In this document: positions 9,028 through 18,541 of the stretch, in pieces | Numbering within the stretch: the first letter of the stretch is position 1 | Layout: the number at the start of each line of letters is the position of its first letter | Source of the DNA: a virus | Taxonomy: Duplodnaviria; Caudoviricetes | Virus record (IMG/VR): IMGVR_UViG_3300034100_000034 | Coordinates: 1 to 50,709 of that record | Strand: one strand, 5' to 3' | Length of the DNA: 50,709 nucleotides | Notes under the pieces: model-generated | The model's database searches: none | Seen by the model: the letters and a program-made list of their open reading frames with translations, nothing else | What the model was told of the DNA's origin: nothing | Position numbers and translations under genes: made by a program

Positions 9028-10524
9028 TCAGAATTGATTTTTGACGACTTTGAGATGGCTGGGGACGGCCGCAGCTTTATTTTCGGCGATCTTTTTTCCC
9101 CGTTCGCCCAAAAATAAATTCGTTTCCGCGCGGTTTGACCCAAAATCCGCCTTGGCAAACGCCAGCCTCGACCGGAAAACCACCCCGCTCGCCGAGAATT
9201 GCCAGCGGTCAGCCCCACCCGGCGGCTTCACAGCCAGGTAGCCCTCCTGCTGCATGCGGTGCGACAAGCGGCGCGGAGACTTGATCAGCGCGGCGATCTC
9301 GTCCTTGGCGTCAAAGGTGTCCGCCAGCAGCTCTGTGGCGAAGAAGGCGCGGGGCTTCTCCAGCCGCTCCAGCGCCGCCGTGACCGCATCGTCGGGGGTG
9401 TCCCAGCTGTTGGTCACCGCCTCCCACCCCTGGGTCTTGGCCACCTGCGCCTTGGGGTTGAACGCGCTCAGGTCCCGCGCCCGCAACCACGCCCCCACCG
9501 CCGCCGCCCCGCCCGCCTCCATCCACCCGAACAGTCGCAGGAAGTACTCCGGGTCCCCGGCCGTCTCGTGCCACTTTTGGGGCAACGTCGAGTGCATCAC
9601 AAACATCCGCCGGTCCTCGGGCGGTATGTACATTGCCATCCAGTCATTGGTCGTCACAAACACCCGCATGACGTTGACCACGTAGCGCAGCTTCTCAAAC
9701 TTCTGATTCAGCGGCAGCACATCCGGCGGCGCCACAATCATCGGCTTCAGCACGTTGTACATCGACGACGCGTGAAACTCGTCCTTGGTGGGGCGCACCT
9801 CATCCACCACCAACATCAACGTCTGCACCCATGGCTTGTAGTCGCTGAACAGCTGGTCCGGGTCAATGCCCTTGCAATTCCACGTGCCCACGGCGGCGCG
9901 CACCGGCCAAAGGGCGGCGTCCTTGCCGATGCCCTGGGTGCCGGAGAGGACGATGGCGGCGTTGCATTTTTCGCCGGGCCGCTGCACCATGTGCGCGCAG
10001 TAGTCGAAGAAAAAGTTGTGCTCCGCCGGGTCCGGCCACAGCTTCTGCACGTGCGCGGTCCACACCTCCGCGCTACCTGCCGGCGCGGCCGAGACGGGCG
10101 GGGGGACGTATTGGTTGTACGACCGCCGGCCCGGCGCGGGGTAGAAGCCCTCGCCGTTGATGAAGTAGTCGTGAATGATTTGGGGTCGGCCGGGCCACCA
10201 CGTGCTCCCCTCCACAAATGCGTCATTTTCCACGCGCATGATGTCCTGCGACGGACGGACCAACCGCTCCTTGCGGCCCTTGGGCCGGCCCTTGGCGCCC
10301 GGCAGGGGCTCGGGGGCTTCCTCGATTTCCACGCGCCAGAGCTCCTTGGGGATGCTGGCGTCGACGGACTTCTCGGTGTGCAGGGTGCCGTCGCACAGGT
10401 CCCAAAACGCCTCTTGCGCCTTGTCATACACGTAGTCCTCGGGACGCGCCAGCCGGCGCTGGCCGGCGAGTTGCGCGCGCAGGGCGGCTTCGCGCTCGGC
10501 GGCGCGTTGTTCTGGGGTGGTCAT
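9028..10524 (-). CDS. SF3-like replicative helicase (DUF5906 / NrS-1-type)
   Basis: Walker A GTQGIGKD, Walker B LVVDE, FVTTN, DRRMFV. Confidence 0.88.
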   Translation of the reverse strand: MTTPEQRAAEREAALRAQLAGQRRLARPEDYVYDKAQEAFWDLCDGTLHTEKSVDASIPKELWRVEIEEAPEPLPGAKGRPKGRKERLVRPSQDIMRVENDAFVEGSTWWPGRPQIIHDYFINGEGFYPAPGRRSYNQYVPPPVSAAPAGSAEVWTAHVQKLWPDPAEHNFFFDYCAHMVQRPGEKCNAAIVLSGTQGIGKDAALWPVRAAVGTWNCKGIDPDQLFSDYKPWVQTLMLVVDEVRPTKDEFHASSMYNVLKPMIVAPPDVLPLNQKFEKLRYVVNVMRVFVTTNDWMAMYIPPEDRRMFVMHSTLPQKWHETAGDPEYFLRLFGWMEAGGAAAVGAWLRARDLSAFNPKAQVAKTQGWEAVTNSWDTPDDAVTAALERLEKPRAFFATELLADTFDAKDEIAALIKSPRRLSHRMQQEGYLAVKPPGGADRWQFSASGVVFRSRLAFAKADFGSNRAETNLFLGERGKKIAENKAAAVPSHLKVVKNQF

Positions 10525-11621
10525 GGTTTTGTTGCCTCTATGAAGATTTGTGCTGCTTGCGCGTTGATCGCGTTTCCGTAGGCGCGCAAGCGTCCCACTC
10601 GGGCGGGAGCCCCATGAGCCAGCGGGAGTGTGCCGGGTTCAACTGGCCGCCACTTTCCATCCCGGCACAAGAGCCAGTCAGCATCTCGCCAGTGGCCGTT
10701 AGTCGGGCCGGTTGATCGTGAGGCTTGCAGGGTTCCATCGCTTTGCGCCACTGTCCGCTGATCTGGTTGTGCGCTGCAGGATTCACGCTGCCCACCATCG
10801 GTGTCGGCCATCCCGCTAGCGCTGTCACATCCTTCAACGTAACCTGCACCTTTCGCCCATCCAGCGTGCGACCTGTTGCCGTCGTGCCCTCTGGCGGCAC
10901 TTGTCCACCCGAGGGAAGCGTCGGTGTCGGCCATCCCGCTAAAGTTGCGTCCTTCGGAAGATCCTTGCCCTGGCAGTTCTCCGTATATGTCCCGCCGCAC
11001 TTCGGGTCTGTCGCACGCGGAGATGCCCACCCCGCCAGGTGCACCGCGTGCGCAAGTTTGTCCGTCCTGCCGCTGCTCACGACCGATGGCGCAGCTCCGT
11101 CCTTGTGGTCGCGCTGATTTGGCGTTGCCAACCCAATACAATCGGTCCCTGATGTGCGGCGCACCGACGCCCGCAGACGGAAACGGGATCGCCCCAAAGG
11201 CGTAACCCAAGGCTTCCATGTCAGTTTGTACAAGGTCGATCCAAGCAGTTGCGTCGCTGCTCGCAACCTGCTCTCCATAGACGACTGGAGGGTTGCACTG
11301 GCCGATAAGATGGAACCATGCGGGCCATAGATGCCGCTCGTCAGCAAACCCATCGCCTTTGCCTGCCGCGCTGAAAGGTTGGCAGGGGCAAGAGCCTGTC
11401 CAAACTCTTTGATCGTCTCGCCATCCGGCCCGCCGCAAAGCAAGCGACCAGACCCCGACCCCGGCGAAGAAGTGACATTGTGTGAATCCGGCAAGGTCGC
11501 CAGGGGTGATGTCTTCGATTGATCGTTCATCAACAATTCCGGGCGCAACGTGGCCCGCCTCGATTAAGTTTCTGAGCCACTGCGCGGCGTGCTTGTCGTG
11601 CTCGTTGTAGTAAGCGGTCAT
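10521..11621 (-). CDS. DNA cytosine-5 methyltransferase, catalytic (alpha-like) polypeptide
   Basis: FFAGVG, catalytic [21 protein letters not shown]-terminal YGNAI; ATG 11621 overlaps upstream stop. Confidence 0.9.
   Translation of the reverse strand: MTAYYNEHDKHAAQWLRNLIEAGHVAPGIVDERSIEDITPGDLAGFTQCHFFAGVGVWSLALRRAGWRDDQRVWTGSCPCQPFSAAGKGDGFADERHLWPAWFHLIGQCNPPVVYGEQVASSDATAWIDLVQTDMEALGYAFGAIPFPSAGVGAPHIRDRLYWVGNAKSARPQGRSCAIGREQRQDGQTCARGAPGGVGISACDRPEVRRDIYGELPGQGSSEGRNFSGMADTDASLGWTSAARGHDGNRSHAGWAKGAGYVEGCDSASGMADTDGGQRESCSAQPDQRTVAQSDGTLQASRSTGPTNGHWRDADWLLCRDGKWRPVEPGTLPLAHGAPARVGRLRAYGNAINAQAAQIFIEATKP
10538..11548 (-). CDS. Overlapping alternative-frame MTase beta-like polypeptide (motif IX plus repeated WPTP modules); start uncertain
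   Basis: 336-codon open frame within the MTase; [17 protein letters not shown] resembles motif IX, which the main frame lacks. Confidence 0.7.
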   Translation of the reverse strand: MRPELLMNDQSKTSPLATLPDSHNVTSSPGSGSGRLLCGGPDGETIKEFGQALAPANLSARQAKAMGLLTSGIYGPHGSILSASATLQSSMESRLRAATQLLGSTLYKLTWKPWVTPLGRSRFRLRASVRRTSGTDCIGLATPNQRDHKDGAAPSVVSSGRTDKLAHAVHLAGWASPRATDPKCGGTYTENCQGKDLPKDATLAGWPTPTLPSGGQVPPEGTTATGRTLDGRKVQVTLKDVTALAGWPTPMVGSVNPAAHNQISGQWRKAMEPCKPHDQPARLTATGEMLTGSCAGMESGGQLNPAHSRWLMGLPPEWDACAPTETRSTRKQHKSS

Positions 11622-11914
11622 TTCTTCACCTGACACAACACGACCCGCGGTGTGTTTTTGTACTGATCAAAATTGACGCACGGAACCACCTTGAACAGCG
11701 GCAACGCGCAGTAGGCTTCTTTTCCTTGCCACGTCACCGCGTAGTGATCGCACGCGCGGCAGTCGCGCCCTGGGCCTCTCACGTCTTTGCAGATCGCGCT
11801 GGCCGTGGCCATGGTGACGTTGAGTTCGTAGGCAATCTCTTTCAGCCGCCGCGTTGGGCGTGACGCGCGCGCCCATGCGATTTCGCTCGGCGTCAGTTGG
11901 GATGGCGTTTTCAC
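11618..11914 (-). CDS. HTH / Cys-rich hypothetical protein
   Basis: GTGA overlap with primase stop; RLKEIAYELNVTMATASAIC HTH-like; CxxC. Confidence 0.6.
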   Translation of the reverse strand: MKTPSQLTPSEIAWARASRPTRRLKEIAYELNVTMATASAICKDVRGPGRDCRACDHYAVTWQGKEAYCALPLFKVVPCVNFDQYKNTPRVVLCQVKK

Positions 11915-12843
11915 GCAGCGGCCCGGTTGATGGCGTCCAGCTCGTCGCTGCTCTGCTCGGCGATCCACTCCGTCAACTCCCGCCAGCCCTTGCCCGCGCA
12001 GTGGCCGTGGTGACACCGGAAGGCGCCGTAAAAATCGTTCTCGTCGCTGGGCTCGCGGATGGCGGCGCCGTTGTCGGCGCGGGCGGTGTGGTCGTCGCGG
12101 AACGGACACTCAATCTCCGTCCACCCGCTCAGGTCCGGCTCCCCGCGCTTCAGCATCCCCCGCTGCTCCATCCACCCGTACACCGTCAGGAAGGCCCGGT
12201 TCCGCTCAATGGCCACCTCGCTGCGCAGCTTGGCGCGGGGGGCGCGCCGGCCGTTGATTTCCAGCCCGAACCCCGCCAACAGCTCCTCGACCGTGAAGCG
12301 CCGCGCATTCAGCTCCTGCAACTCCACGCGGAAGCGCCCGCCGTAGGCTGCTTTGCCGTTGATGAATCCGGGGATGCGGCCCACGCGCGAGATGCCCGCC
12401 ATGCCCGGGTCCGCGCCCAGGAGGCGCCCGCTGATGAATGCGCGGATCACCCCGTCGAACCTCGCCGCGTCCCGCTCGGGAGGCCCCAGGAAGTACCACC
12501 ACTGCTCGTTGCCCGGCGACGTCAGCACTCGGGCGCTGGGCCGCATGGCGCTCACGGCGGCAGGGTCCACCTTGGTGCCCACATCGTCCACCATCAACGC
12601 CCGTCCCGCAGCAAAGGTTTCCGCCCGCCGCCGGAAGGACCCGTCCGCCGCGCGCCCGAAGGACCCCACCGTCACGTAAGCGTTAGCCCCCGGCCCCAAC
12701 CCCACCTTCATCCCCGGGCGCCACGGCCGGGGGCGCCACGCGTCGGGCGCCGCCGCGTTAGGGTCCCCGGCGAATCCACAAACGATCAGCCTTTCCTCCT
12801 CGGGCATGTCCGCGCCTAGGGCACACAAGAATTCGTCCGTCAT
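11911..12843 (-). CDS. RepB-like (AEP) DNA primase with C-terminal Zn finger
   Basis: MVDDVGTK, TSPGNEQWWY, GRIPGFINGK, CPFRDDH...CHHGHC. Confidence 0.85.
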   Translation of the reverse strand: MTDEFLCALGADMPEEERLIVCGFAGDPNAAAPDAWRPRPWRPGMKVGLGPGANAYVTVGSFGRAADGSFRRRAETFAAGRALMVDDVGTKVDPAAVSAMRPSARVLTSPGNEQWWYFLGPPERDAARFDGVIRAFISGRLLGADPGMAGISRVGRIPGFINGKAAYGGRFRVELQELNARRFTVEELLAGFGLEINGRRAPRAKLRSEVAIERNRAFLTVYGWMEQRGMLKRGEPDLSGWTEIECPFRDDHTARADNGAAIREPSDENDFYGAFRCHHGHCAGKGWRELTEWIAEQSSDELDAINRAAA

Positions 12844-12844
12844 T

Positions 12845-13000
12845 TATTCACTTTCTAGCTTGGGGAACGGTAATTCTCGGGCTTCTCGGGTTGGGCCCAG
12901 AAAAATATTTTTGCTTTTTTGGCGCGCAACATGCTTTTTCGGGGCATAATTCCTTCATCCACCCGAAATCCTCAGGTGGCCAACCAGAAAGTAGAGCTCA
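12845..13000. promoter_or_regulatory. Divergent control region with two TCTCGGG iteron copies
   Basis: Strand switch; AT-rich 12899-12920; TCTCGGG at 12875 and 12884; CATAAT at 12945. Confidence 0.6.
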
Positions 13001-13002
13001 AA

Positions 13003-13227
13003 ATGATCACCAGCATACAAGACAACGTCGCCGCGCTCAGCGCAGCGCTGGCTCGCGTGAAAGACCACCCGATGTGCGCCAAGTTCTCGGAAACCGAAGG
13101 CCATTTCCTGATTCTTTTCCCGCCCGGTTTTCGGCTCGACGGCGTGCGCGTCGCTAAGGCCATGGGCAAGGCATTGGCGTTGGATGCTGCGCTGGCGAAG
13201 ATGGAACTTTATTGGAAGCTCGCATAG
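13003..13227 (+). CDS. Hypothetical early protein
   Basis: 74 aa, AGAAAG before ATG. Confidence 0.65.
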   Translation: MITSIQDNVAALSAALARVKDHPMCAKFSETEGHFLILFPPGFRLDGVRVAKAMGKALALDAALAKMELYWKLA

Positions 13228-13276
13228 CGCAGCCGTTTGATCTCCCCCAACCCACCCACAGAAAGGAGACTTCATC

Positions 13277-13558
13277 ATGATCAGCTTCTCCGTCACCAAA
13301 GCCGACTCGCTCAAAATCGAAGCCATCGTCAAGCGCGCAGCAGCTTTGTCGCGCTCGATTGATCGTATGAGTCTGGACATGGACCTGACCGCCTGCCACG
13401 CCAACGGCACCCCGCTCAACCTCGACGCGCTGCTCGCGGCTGACGACTTCAACTTCGCGCACGACGTGCTCGGCATCCAGCGCCACATGGACCGGGACGA
13501 CGCGTCCCCGACAGCCGGCCGGTGCCTGAATTGTTTTGTCCCCCGCTTCGCCCTTTGA
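13277..13558 (+). CDS. DUF6874-like phage protein
   Basis: MDLTACHANGTPLNLDALLAADDFNFAHDVLGI...CFVPRFA. Confidence 0.7.
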   Translation: MISFSVTKADSLKIEAIVKRAAALSRSIDRMSLDMDLTACHANGTPLNLDALLAADDFNFAHDVLGIQRHMDRDDASPTAGRCLNCFVPRFAL

Positions 13559-13592
13559 TCTCCCCCAATCCACCCCGAAAGGAACTTTCATC

Positions 13593-14015
13593 ATGACCGC
13601 TTCAATCAACACCGCCACCGCCACCGCCGCCGAGCTGCTGGCTTTCTACAACGCCCACAGCGGCGCGCCCGCTGTGAAGCGCTTCAGCGACCGCGCAGCC
13701 GGCGCGCGGCGCGTAGACGCCCTGCTGCAAGCCCAGAAACCGGCCAAGGCGCCCACCGCGCCCAGCGCCCCTAAGGTTGCCCGCCCCCCGGCCGACCGTT
13801 CGGCGGCCATCGCCAAAAGCTGGCAGGACCCCGCCACCGCCGCCGCGCGCGCAACCCGGTCGCACGTCGTCGTGGGCGGGGTGGAGTACACCTCCACGCA
13901 CCAAGCTTTCTTGGCGCTGGGCCTGCCCGCCAACAAGTGCATCGCCTTCCGGGGCAAGCTCAAGGCGGCCGGCAAGCTGGCCTTCGACGGGCATATGTTC
14001 AAGGTGGTCGAATGA
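13593..14015 (+). CDS. Hypothetical Ala/Lys-rich protein (possibly DNA-binding)
   Basis: AAAGGA RBS; YN..VKRFSDR motif. Confidence 0.7.
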   Translation: MTASINTATATAAELLAFYNAHSGAPAVKRFSDRAAGARRVDALLQAQKPAKAPTAPSAPKVARPPADRSAAIAKSWQDPATAAARATRSHVVVGGVEYTSTHQAFLALGLPANKCIAFRGKLKAAGKLAFDGHMFKVVE

Positions 14016-14818
14016 ACTTCAACGACACCCAGCAGCCCGACACCCTGCCTGGGCCGTACTACGTCTCAGCCATCGACGACACACGCAACACACACCTGAT
14101 GGCCGGGCCGTACGCGCTGCACGCCGCCGCGCTGGCGGACGTGGACAAGGCGCGCGACATCGCCGTCAAGCACGACCCGCGCGCTTGGTGGATGGCGTGG
14201 GGCACCGTGCGCATCGAGGGCAGCACGCGCATCGGACAGCTCAACAAATTTGGCCTCCTCAACTCAGAAAGTGCAGTCATGAAAACAACTCTCAATAAAA
14301 TCCGCGCCCACCATCCCTGTGAGTCAGGATGGCGCAAACTGTTAAAGCATCTTGACAAGACTGAGCCCGACGATGCGCCAGTCTCGATTATCACAATCTT
14401 GGACTCCAATGGTCTGGATGACGCCCTATGGTGCCTGCGGGCTGTCGAAGGCCATGACCGAGAAATAAGATTGTATGCAGTCTGGTGCGCCCGCCAAGTA
14501 CAGCACCTGATGAAAGATAAGCGCAGCCTTGACGCCTTGGACGTGGCAGAACAGTTTGCAAGCGGATTGGCAACACGCGATCAATTAGAACGTGCGTTGG
14601 CTGCTGCGCGGGCTGCTGCGTGGGATGCTGCGCGGGATGCTGCGTGGGCTGCTGCGCGGGCTGCTGCGCGCGATGCTGCGCGGGATGCTGCGTGGGCTGC
14701 TGCGTGGGATGCTGCGCGGGATGCTGCGCGGGATGCTGCGTGGGCTGCTGCGTGGGATGCTGCGCGGGATGCTGCGTGGGCTGCGCAAGAAAAAGAACTT
14801 AGGAGAATTTGCTCATGA
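14012..14818 (+). CDS. Hypothetical protein with (D/A)AA(W/R) repeats; second RBS-supported start at 14279
   Basis: One open frame; AGAAAG before MKTTLNKIRAHHPC. Confidence 0.7.
   Translation: MNFNDTQQPDTLPGPYYVSAIDDTRNTHLMAGPYALHAAALADVDKARDIAVKHDPRAWWMAWGTVRIEGSTRIGQLNKFGLLNSESAVMKTTLNKIRAHHPCESGWRKLLKHLDKTEPDDAPVSIITILDSNGLDDALWCLRAVEGHDREIRLYAVWCARQVQHLMKDKRSLDALDVAEQFASGLATRDQLERALAAARAAAWDAARDAAWAAARAAARDAARDAAWAAAWDAARDAARDAAWAAAWDAARDAAWAAQEKELRRICS
14600..14779 (+). repeat. 15 tandem copies of a 12-bp unit G(C/A)TGCTGCG(C/T)GG
   Basis: Read directly; encodes AAAR/AAAW/DAAR/DAAW. Confidence 0.95.
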
Positions 14819-16014
14819 TCGAATTCCACAACTCAGGCGAGATCGACCTCCGCTCGATCTCGACCTTCGGCGTCAGCGTCAAGGAGGGCGACAGCCCCAT
14901 CGGGTTCTTCGGCACGGGGCTGAAGTACGCCATTGCGGTGCTGCTGCGCACCGGGCATGAGGTGACGATCTACTCCGGGCTGACGGTGGTGCAGTTTGGG
15001 CTGTCCACCGAGGAGGTCCGGGGACAAGACTTCCAATTCGTCACGATGCAAGTGGGCGAAGGCGCAGCGACCCCCATCGGCTTCACCACGCAGCTGGGCA
15101 AGCAATGGGAGGTGTGGATGGCGTACCGGGAGCTCGTCTGCAACGCCAAGGACGAGCGCGGCTCCGCGTGCCACGTCACCCGCGCGCCCGCGCCCGCGCC
15201 CGGCACCACCAAGATCATCGTCCGTGGGGAGGCGTTCGCTGCGGTGTTCGACCGGAGTTACCTTTACCTGCTGGAGGACGAGCCCAGTTTCACCGTGGGC
15301 GAGACCGAGGTGCGCGCCCGCCCAGGCGCCGACTTCTTCTATCGCGGCGTCCGCGTCCACCAGTTCAGCAGCCCCGGATTGTACACCTATAATGCTAAGG
15401 CCAAGATCGAGCTGACCGAAGATCGTACCGTCAAAAATCAATGGGAGATTTACCTCGCCATCATGACCGCCATCATGCGCTCGGGCGACGCGCGCTTCAT
15501 TCGGGACTGCGTCCTGGCCGATGAGAGTACCATCGAGGGCGGGCTCGATTACCACGGCTGGGGCGTGGCGCCCGGCGCGACCTTCCTGAGCGTGGTGGGC
15601 GATTGTGTCGGTGACCGCGCGACCAAAGTCAACGCCTCTGCGCTGAAGGTGTGGAAGAGCGCCACCAAGCAGGTGTTCACCCCGCGTGAAATATTGCTCA
15701 CCAAGGTGCAGCTCGTGAGCCTGAACCGGGCGCTGGATTTTTGTGGGCGCATCGGCTTCACCATTCGTGACGCCTACCCCATCAAGATCGTCGAGAGCCT
15801 GGGAGAGGGGTGCTTGGGGCTGGCGCAGGACCAGACCATCTTCATCGCCGAGCGCGTCTTCCACCTTGGCGGCACAAAGCAGCTGGCCTCCACGCTGATC
15901 GAGGAATACCTGCACCTGCGCCATGGGTGGAAGGACTTGACACGGGAGCTGCAGAGCTTTCTGTTCGAAAAGCTAGTCAGCATTGGCGAGGAATTAACTG
16001 GAGAACCATTATGA
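14815..16014 (+). CDS. GHKL-like ATPase with C-terminal zincin-like motif
   Basis: IGFFGTGLK, RELVCNAKDE, LIEEYLHL; AGGAG RBS. Confidence 0.65.
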   Translation: MIEFHNSGEIDLRSISTFGVSVKEGDSPIGFFGTGLKYAIAVLLRTGHEVTIYSGLTVVQFGLSTEEVRGQDFQFVTMQVGEGAATPIGFTTQLGKQWEVWMAYRELVCNAKDERGSACHVTRAPAPAPGTTKIIVRGEAFAAVFDRSYLYLLEDEPSFTVGETEVRARPGADFFYRGVRVHQFSSPGLYTYNAKAKIELTEDRTVKNQWEIYLAIMTAIMRSGDARFIRDCVLADESTIEGGLDYHGWGVAPGATFLSVVGDCVGDRATKVNASALKVWKSATKQVFTPREILLTKVQLVSLNRALDFCGRIGFTIRDAYPIKIVESLGEGCLGLAQDQTIFIAERVFHLGGTKQLASTLIEEYLHLRHGWKDLTRELQSFLFEKLVSIGEELTGEPL

Positions 16015-16352
16015 AAAAAGTCTTCCGCCCCCTGCCCCTCACCGAGCCGCGCTGCCACCCCATGCACGCCGACTTTCACTGTAAGGCGTGCCGCCGTTGG
16101 GCCGACCACCCGGACCAGACCTGGTCCACGCGCACCCCGGCGTTGAGTTGCGGCGGGTCCTGCGACGAGGCTTGTGCCTGCGTGCCCGATCGCGCGTTCA
16201 CCGTCGCGGACAATATCGCCGCCATCCTCGCCGACGGGCGCATCGGGATTGCCCGGCGCATCGCCGACGAGGAGTCCGTCACCATCGCCAAAGATGGCAC
16301 GACGGCGCAGTATTATTTCAGCGACGGTTCAGCTTTCACATTCACGGAGTAA
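16011..16352 (+). CDS. Cys-rich hypothetical protein
   Basis: ATGA overlap, GGAG RBS. Confidence 0.6.
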   Translation: MKKVFRPLPLTEPRCHPMHADFHCKACRRWADHPDQTWSTRTPALSCGGSCDEACACVPDRAFTVADNIAAILADGRIGIARRIADEESVTIAKDGTTAQYYFSDGSAFTFTE

Positions 16353-16359
16353 CCCCATC

Positions 16360-16869
16360 ATGCCACACACACAATGGTCCGAGTCCGCCCCCCACCCCAC
16401 GCTGCTGGTCGTCATTCGGTCTCAAAAAGAGATCGCCGACGCGACGACCGAAGTCCTGCTCAACACGATTGTCGCCCTCACCGGCACACGCCCCACGCCC
16501 GATGCGTCGCGCGCGGTGATTGAGCGCCGCGCCGCACACGCTATCATGTTGGCCGAAGAAGAGCGCAACCACCGGGGCGTGCTCAAGGGCGCGCCGCCGC
16601 CCGACATATCGTTCCCCGGACTGGTGAAGCAGCTGTGCGCTTGCACCGCCGCGCCGCACACCGCAGGCGCCCCCGCCCTGCGCGCCACGGGCACGGGCAC
16701 CAGCCGCGTACAGGCGCATTCGGCCCGCGCAGCGGTGCTGGCCTGGATCACCGCGCAGCCACACGCCACCGCCACGCAGGCGCAGGTGGACGCGCAGTTT
16801 GGGGTGCCGTGCCGAGGGCACACACAGAAACTCCTCTCCACCCTTCACCTGGAGCGCGTGACGCTATGA
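16360..16869 (+). CDS. Hypothetical protein
   Basis: GGAG RBS; stop overlaps next start. Confidence 0.55.
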   Translation: MPHTQWSESAPHPTLLVVIRSQKEIADATTEVLLNTIVALTGTRPTPDASRAVIERRAAHAIMLAEEERNHRGVLKGAPPPDISFPGLVKQLCACTAAPHTAGAPALRATGTGTSRVQAHSARAAVLAWITAQPHATATQAQVDAQFGVPCRGHTQKLLSTLHLERVTL

Positions 16870-17786
16870 CCACCACGCAACCCATCATCGTCGGCGCCGG
16901 GCTGGCTGGGCTTTTGGCGGCGCACGCGTGGCCGCAGCTGCAGGTGCTGGAGGCTGCCACGCAGCCGGCCGAAGTGCACAAGGCCGTGCTACGCTTCCGC
17001 ACCGAGGACGTCAGCAAGCTCACCGGCATCCCCTTCCGCCGCGTGCGCGTGCACAAGGGCATCTGGGCGCAGCAGCGCTTGCATCAACAGACCACCATCC
17101 GCCTGGCCAACCAGTACGCGCAGAAAGTGCTGGGGCGGCTGGCCGGCGAGCGCAGCATATGGAATCTGGACGCGGTGGATCGCTTCATTGCGCCGGAGGA
17201 CTTCTACTGGCAGTTGTTGGAGGCGGTGCGCGCCCGCATCACGTGGGCCGCGCCCGTGGACTTCAGCTCCATGGGCGGCGCCCTCATCAGCACCGCACCC
17301 CTGCCCGTGACGCTGCGGCAGCTGGGCCTCGCCTCGACAGACGCCTTCCACAAAGCCCCCATCACCGTCGTGCGTTGCCGGGTGCCCCGTGCCGACGTGT
17401 TCCAGACGGTGTATTTCCCCGAGCCCGACCACCCCATGTACCGCGCCAGCATCACCGGCGACCTGCTCACGCTGGAGGCGACCGGCGCCGGACCCGCCGC
17501 CAAGGACTGGTTGCCTCGGGCGCTGGTGCTGGTGGAGCGGGCGTTTGCTGTGAGCGACGTGGAGGTGCTGGGCACGGTGGAGCAGCGGTACGGGAAGATC
17601 GCGCCCGTTGCGGACGCAGAGCGCAAGCGGCTGTTGTTCGAGCTCACCCATCAGCACCAAGTTTATTCGTTGGGTCGATTCGCCACGTGGCGCAACATCC
17701 TGCTGGACGACGTGGTGCAGGACATCGCAGTGATCAAGCGCCTGATGCGCAGCAGCGCGTACGAAGTGCGTCGCAGCGCGACCTGA
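16866..17786 (+). CDS. FAD/NAD(P)-dependent oxidoreductase
   Basis: IIVGAGLAGLLAA Rossmann motif; C-terminal YSLGRFATW as in UDP-galactopyranose mutase / amine oxidase folds. Confidence 0.8.
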   Translation: MTTTQPIIVGAGLAGLLAAHAWPQLQVLEAATQPAEVHKAVLRFRTEDVSKLTGIPFRRVRVHKGIWAQQRLHQQTTIRLANQYAQKVLGRLAGERSIWNLDAVDRFIAPEDFYWQLLEAVRARITWAAPVDFSSMGGALISTAPLPVTLRQLGLASTDAFHKAPITVVRCRVPRADVFQTVYFPEPDHPMYRASITGDLLTLEATGAGPAAKDWLPRALVLVERAFAVSDVEVLGTVEQRYGKIAPVADAERKRLLFELTHQHQVYSLGRFATWRNILLDDVVQDIAVIKRLMRSSAYEVRRSAT

Positions 17787-17824
17787 GCGATAATTCTTTT
17801 CGTAACTCCAGAAAGTAGATCCAC

Positions 17825-18538
17825 ATGAAAGTGTCTTTGATTAGCTACACGCCCAACGCTGCGTCGTTGCTCCTGTTCACCAAGTCCACCCGCTTGACGC
17901 TGTCGCCAAATCTGATGTCCGAGATCAATGGCTGGCCTGAAGAGAAGAAGGCGCAAGAATTGGCATACGCCGCGAAGACAATCAAGTCTAGCTGGGAGTT
18001 CGTTGACCTAACATTCTTGATTGAAGGCGTCAGTCGCGCAACAGCTCAACAGATCACCCGCACCCGCAACGCCAGCTACGCGATGCAGTCGCAACGCGTG
18101 ACGGACGTGCGCGCGATGGGCGTGCACAAGCCGAAAATCGCCAGCGTGACGTTGCAGGAGAATTACGACGCGGCTGTTGCGTCCTCGCTTGACCACTACG
18201 CTAAGTTGGTTGACATCGGGATGCCGCTGGAAGATGCACGCGGTGTGTTGCCGATGAACACGACGTGCAACTTGGTCGCCAAGTACAATTTGCGCGCATT
18301 CACGGACCTTGCCAAAGCGCGCGCCTCTTTGCGCACTCAAGGCGAATACTCAGACATCGTTCACGAGATGCGCGCCTTGGTTTTGCGAACTTGGCCTTGG
18401 ACAACGCCGTTCTTCGCAAGCGAACACGACTTGGCCATCGGCATGCTGGAGTCTGTCGCGAAAGAAATCGGCATCACCACAGGCAAGGGGCCTGGCTGGG
18501 AGATAGCCAAGGCCGTTGACTTACTCAGAAAGGCTTGA
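17825..18538 (+). CDS. thyX: Flavin-dependent thymidylate synthase-like protein (variant motif)
   Basis: SSWEF, TFLIEGVSRA, RTR-X7-S (canonical RHR-X7-S), EDARGVLP, NLRAF. Confidence 0.85.
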   Translation: MKVSLISYTPNAASLLLFTKSTRLTLSPNLMSEINGWPEEKKAQELAYAAKTIKSSWEFVDLTFLIEGVSRATAQQITRTRNASYAMQSQRVTDVRAMGVHKPKIASVTLQENYDAAVASSLDHYAKLVDIGMPLEDARGVLPMNTTCNLVAKYNLRAFTDLAKARASLRTQGEYSDIVHEMRALVLRTWPWTTPFFASEHDLAIGMLESVAKEIGITTGKGPGWEIAKAVDLLRKA

Positions 18539-18541
18539 GTC

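Noticed and set aside
14600-14779. Tandem repeat as CRISPR array
   Set aside because: No unique spacers, in-frame coding repeat, no cas genes.
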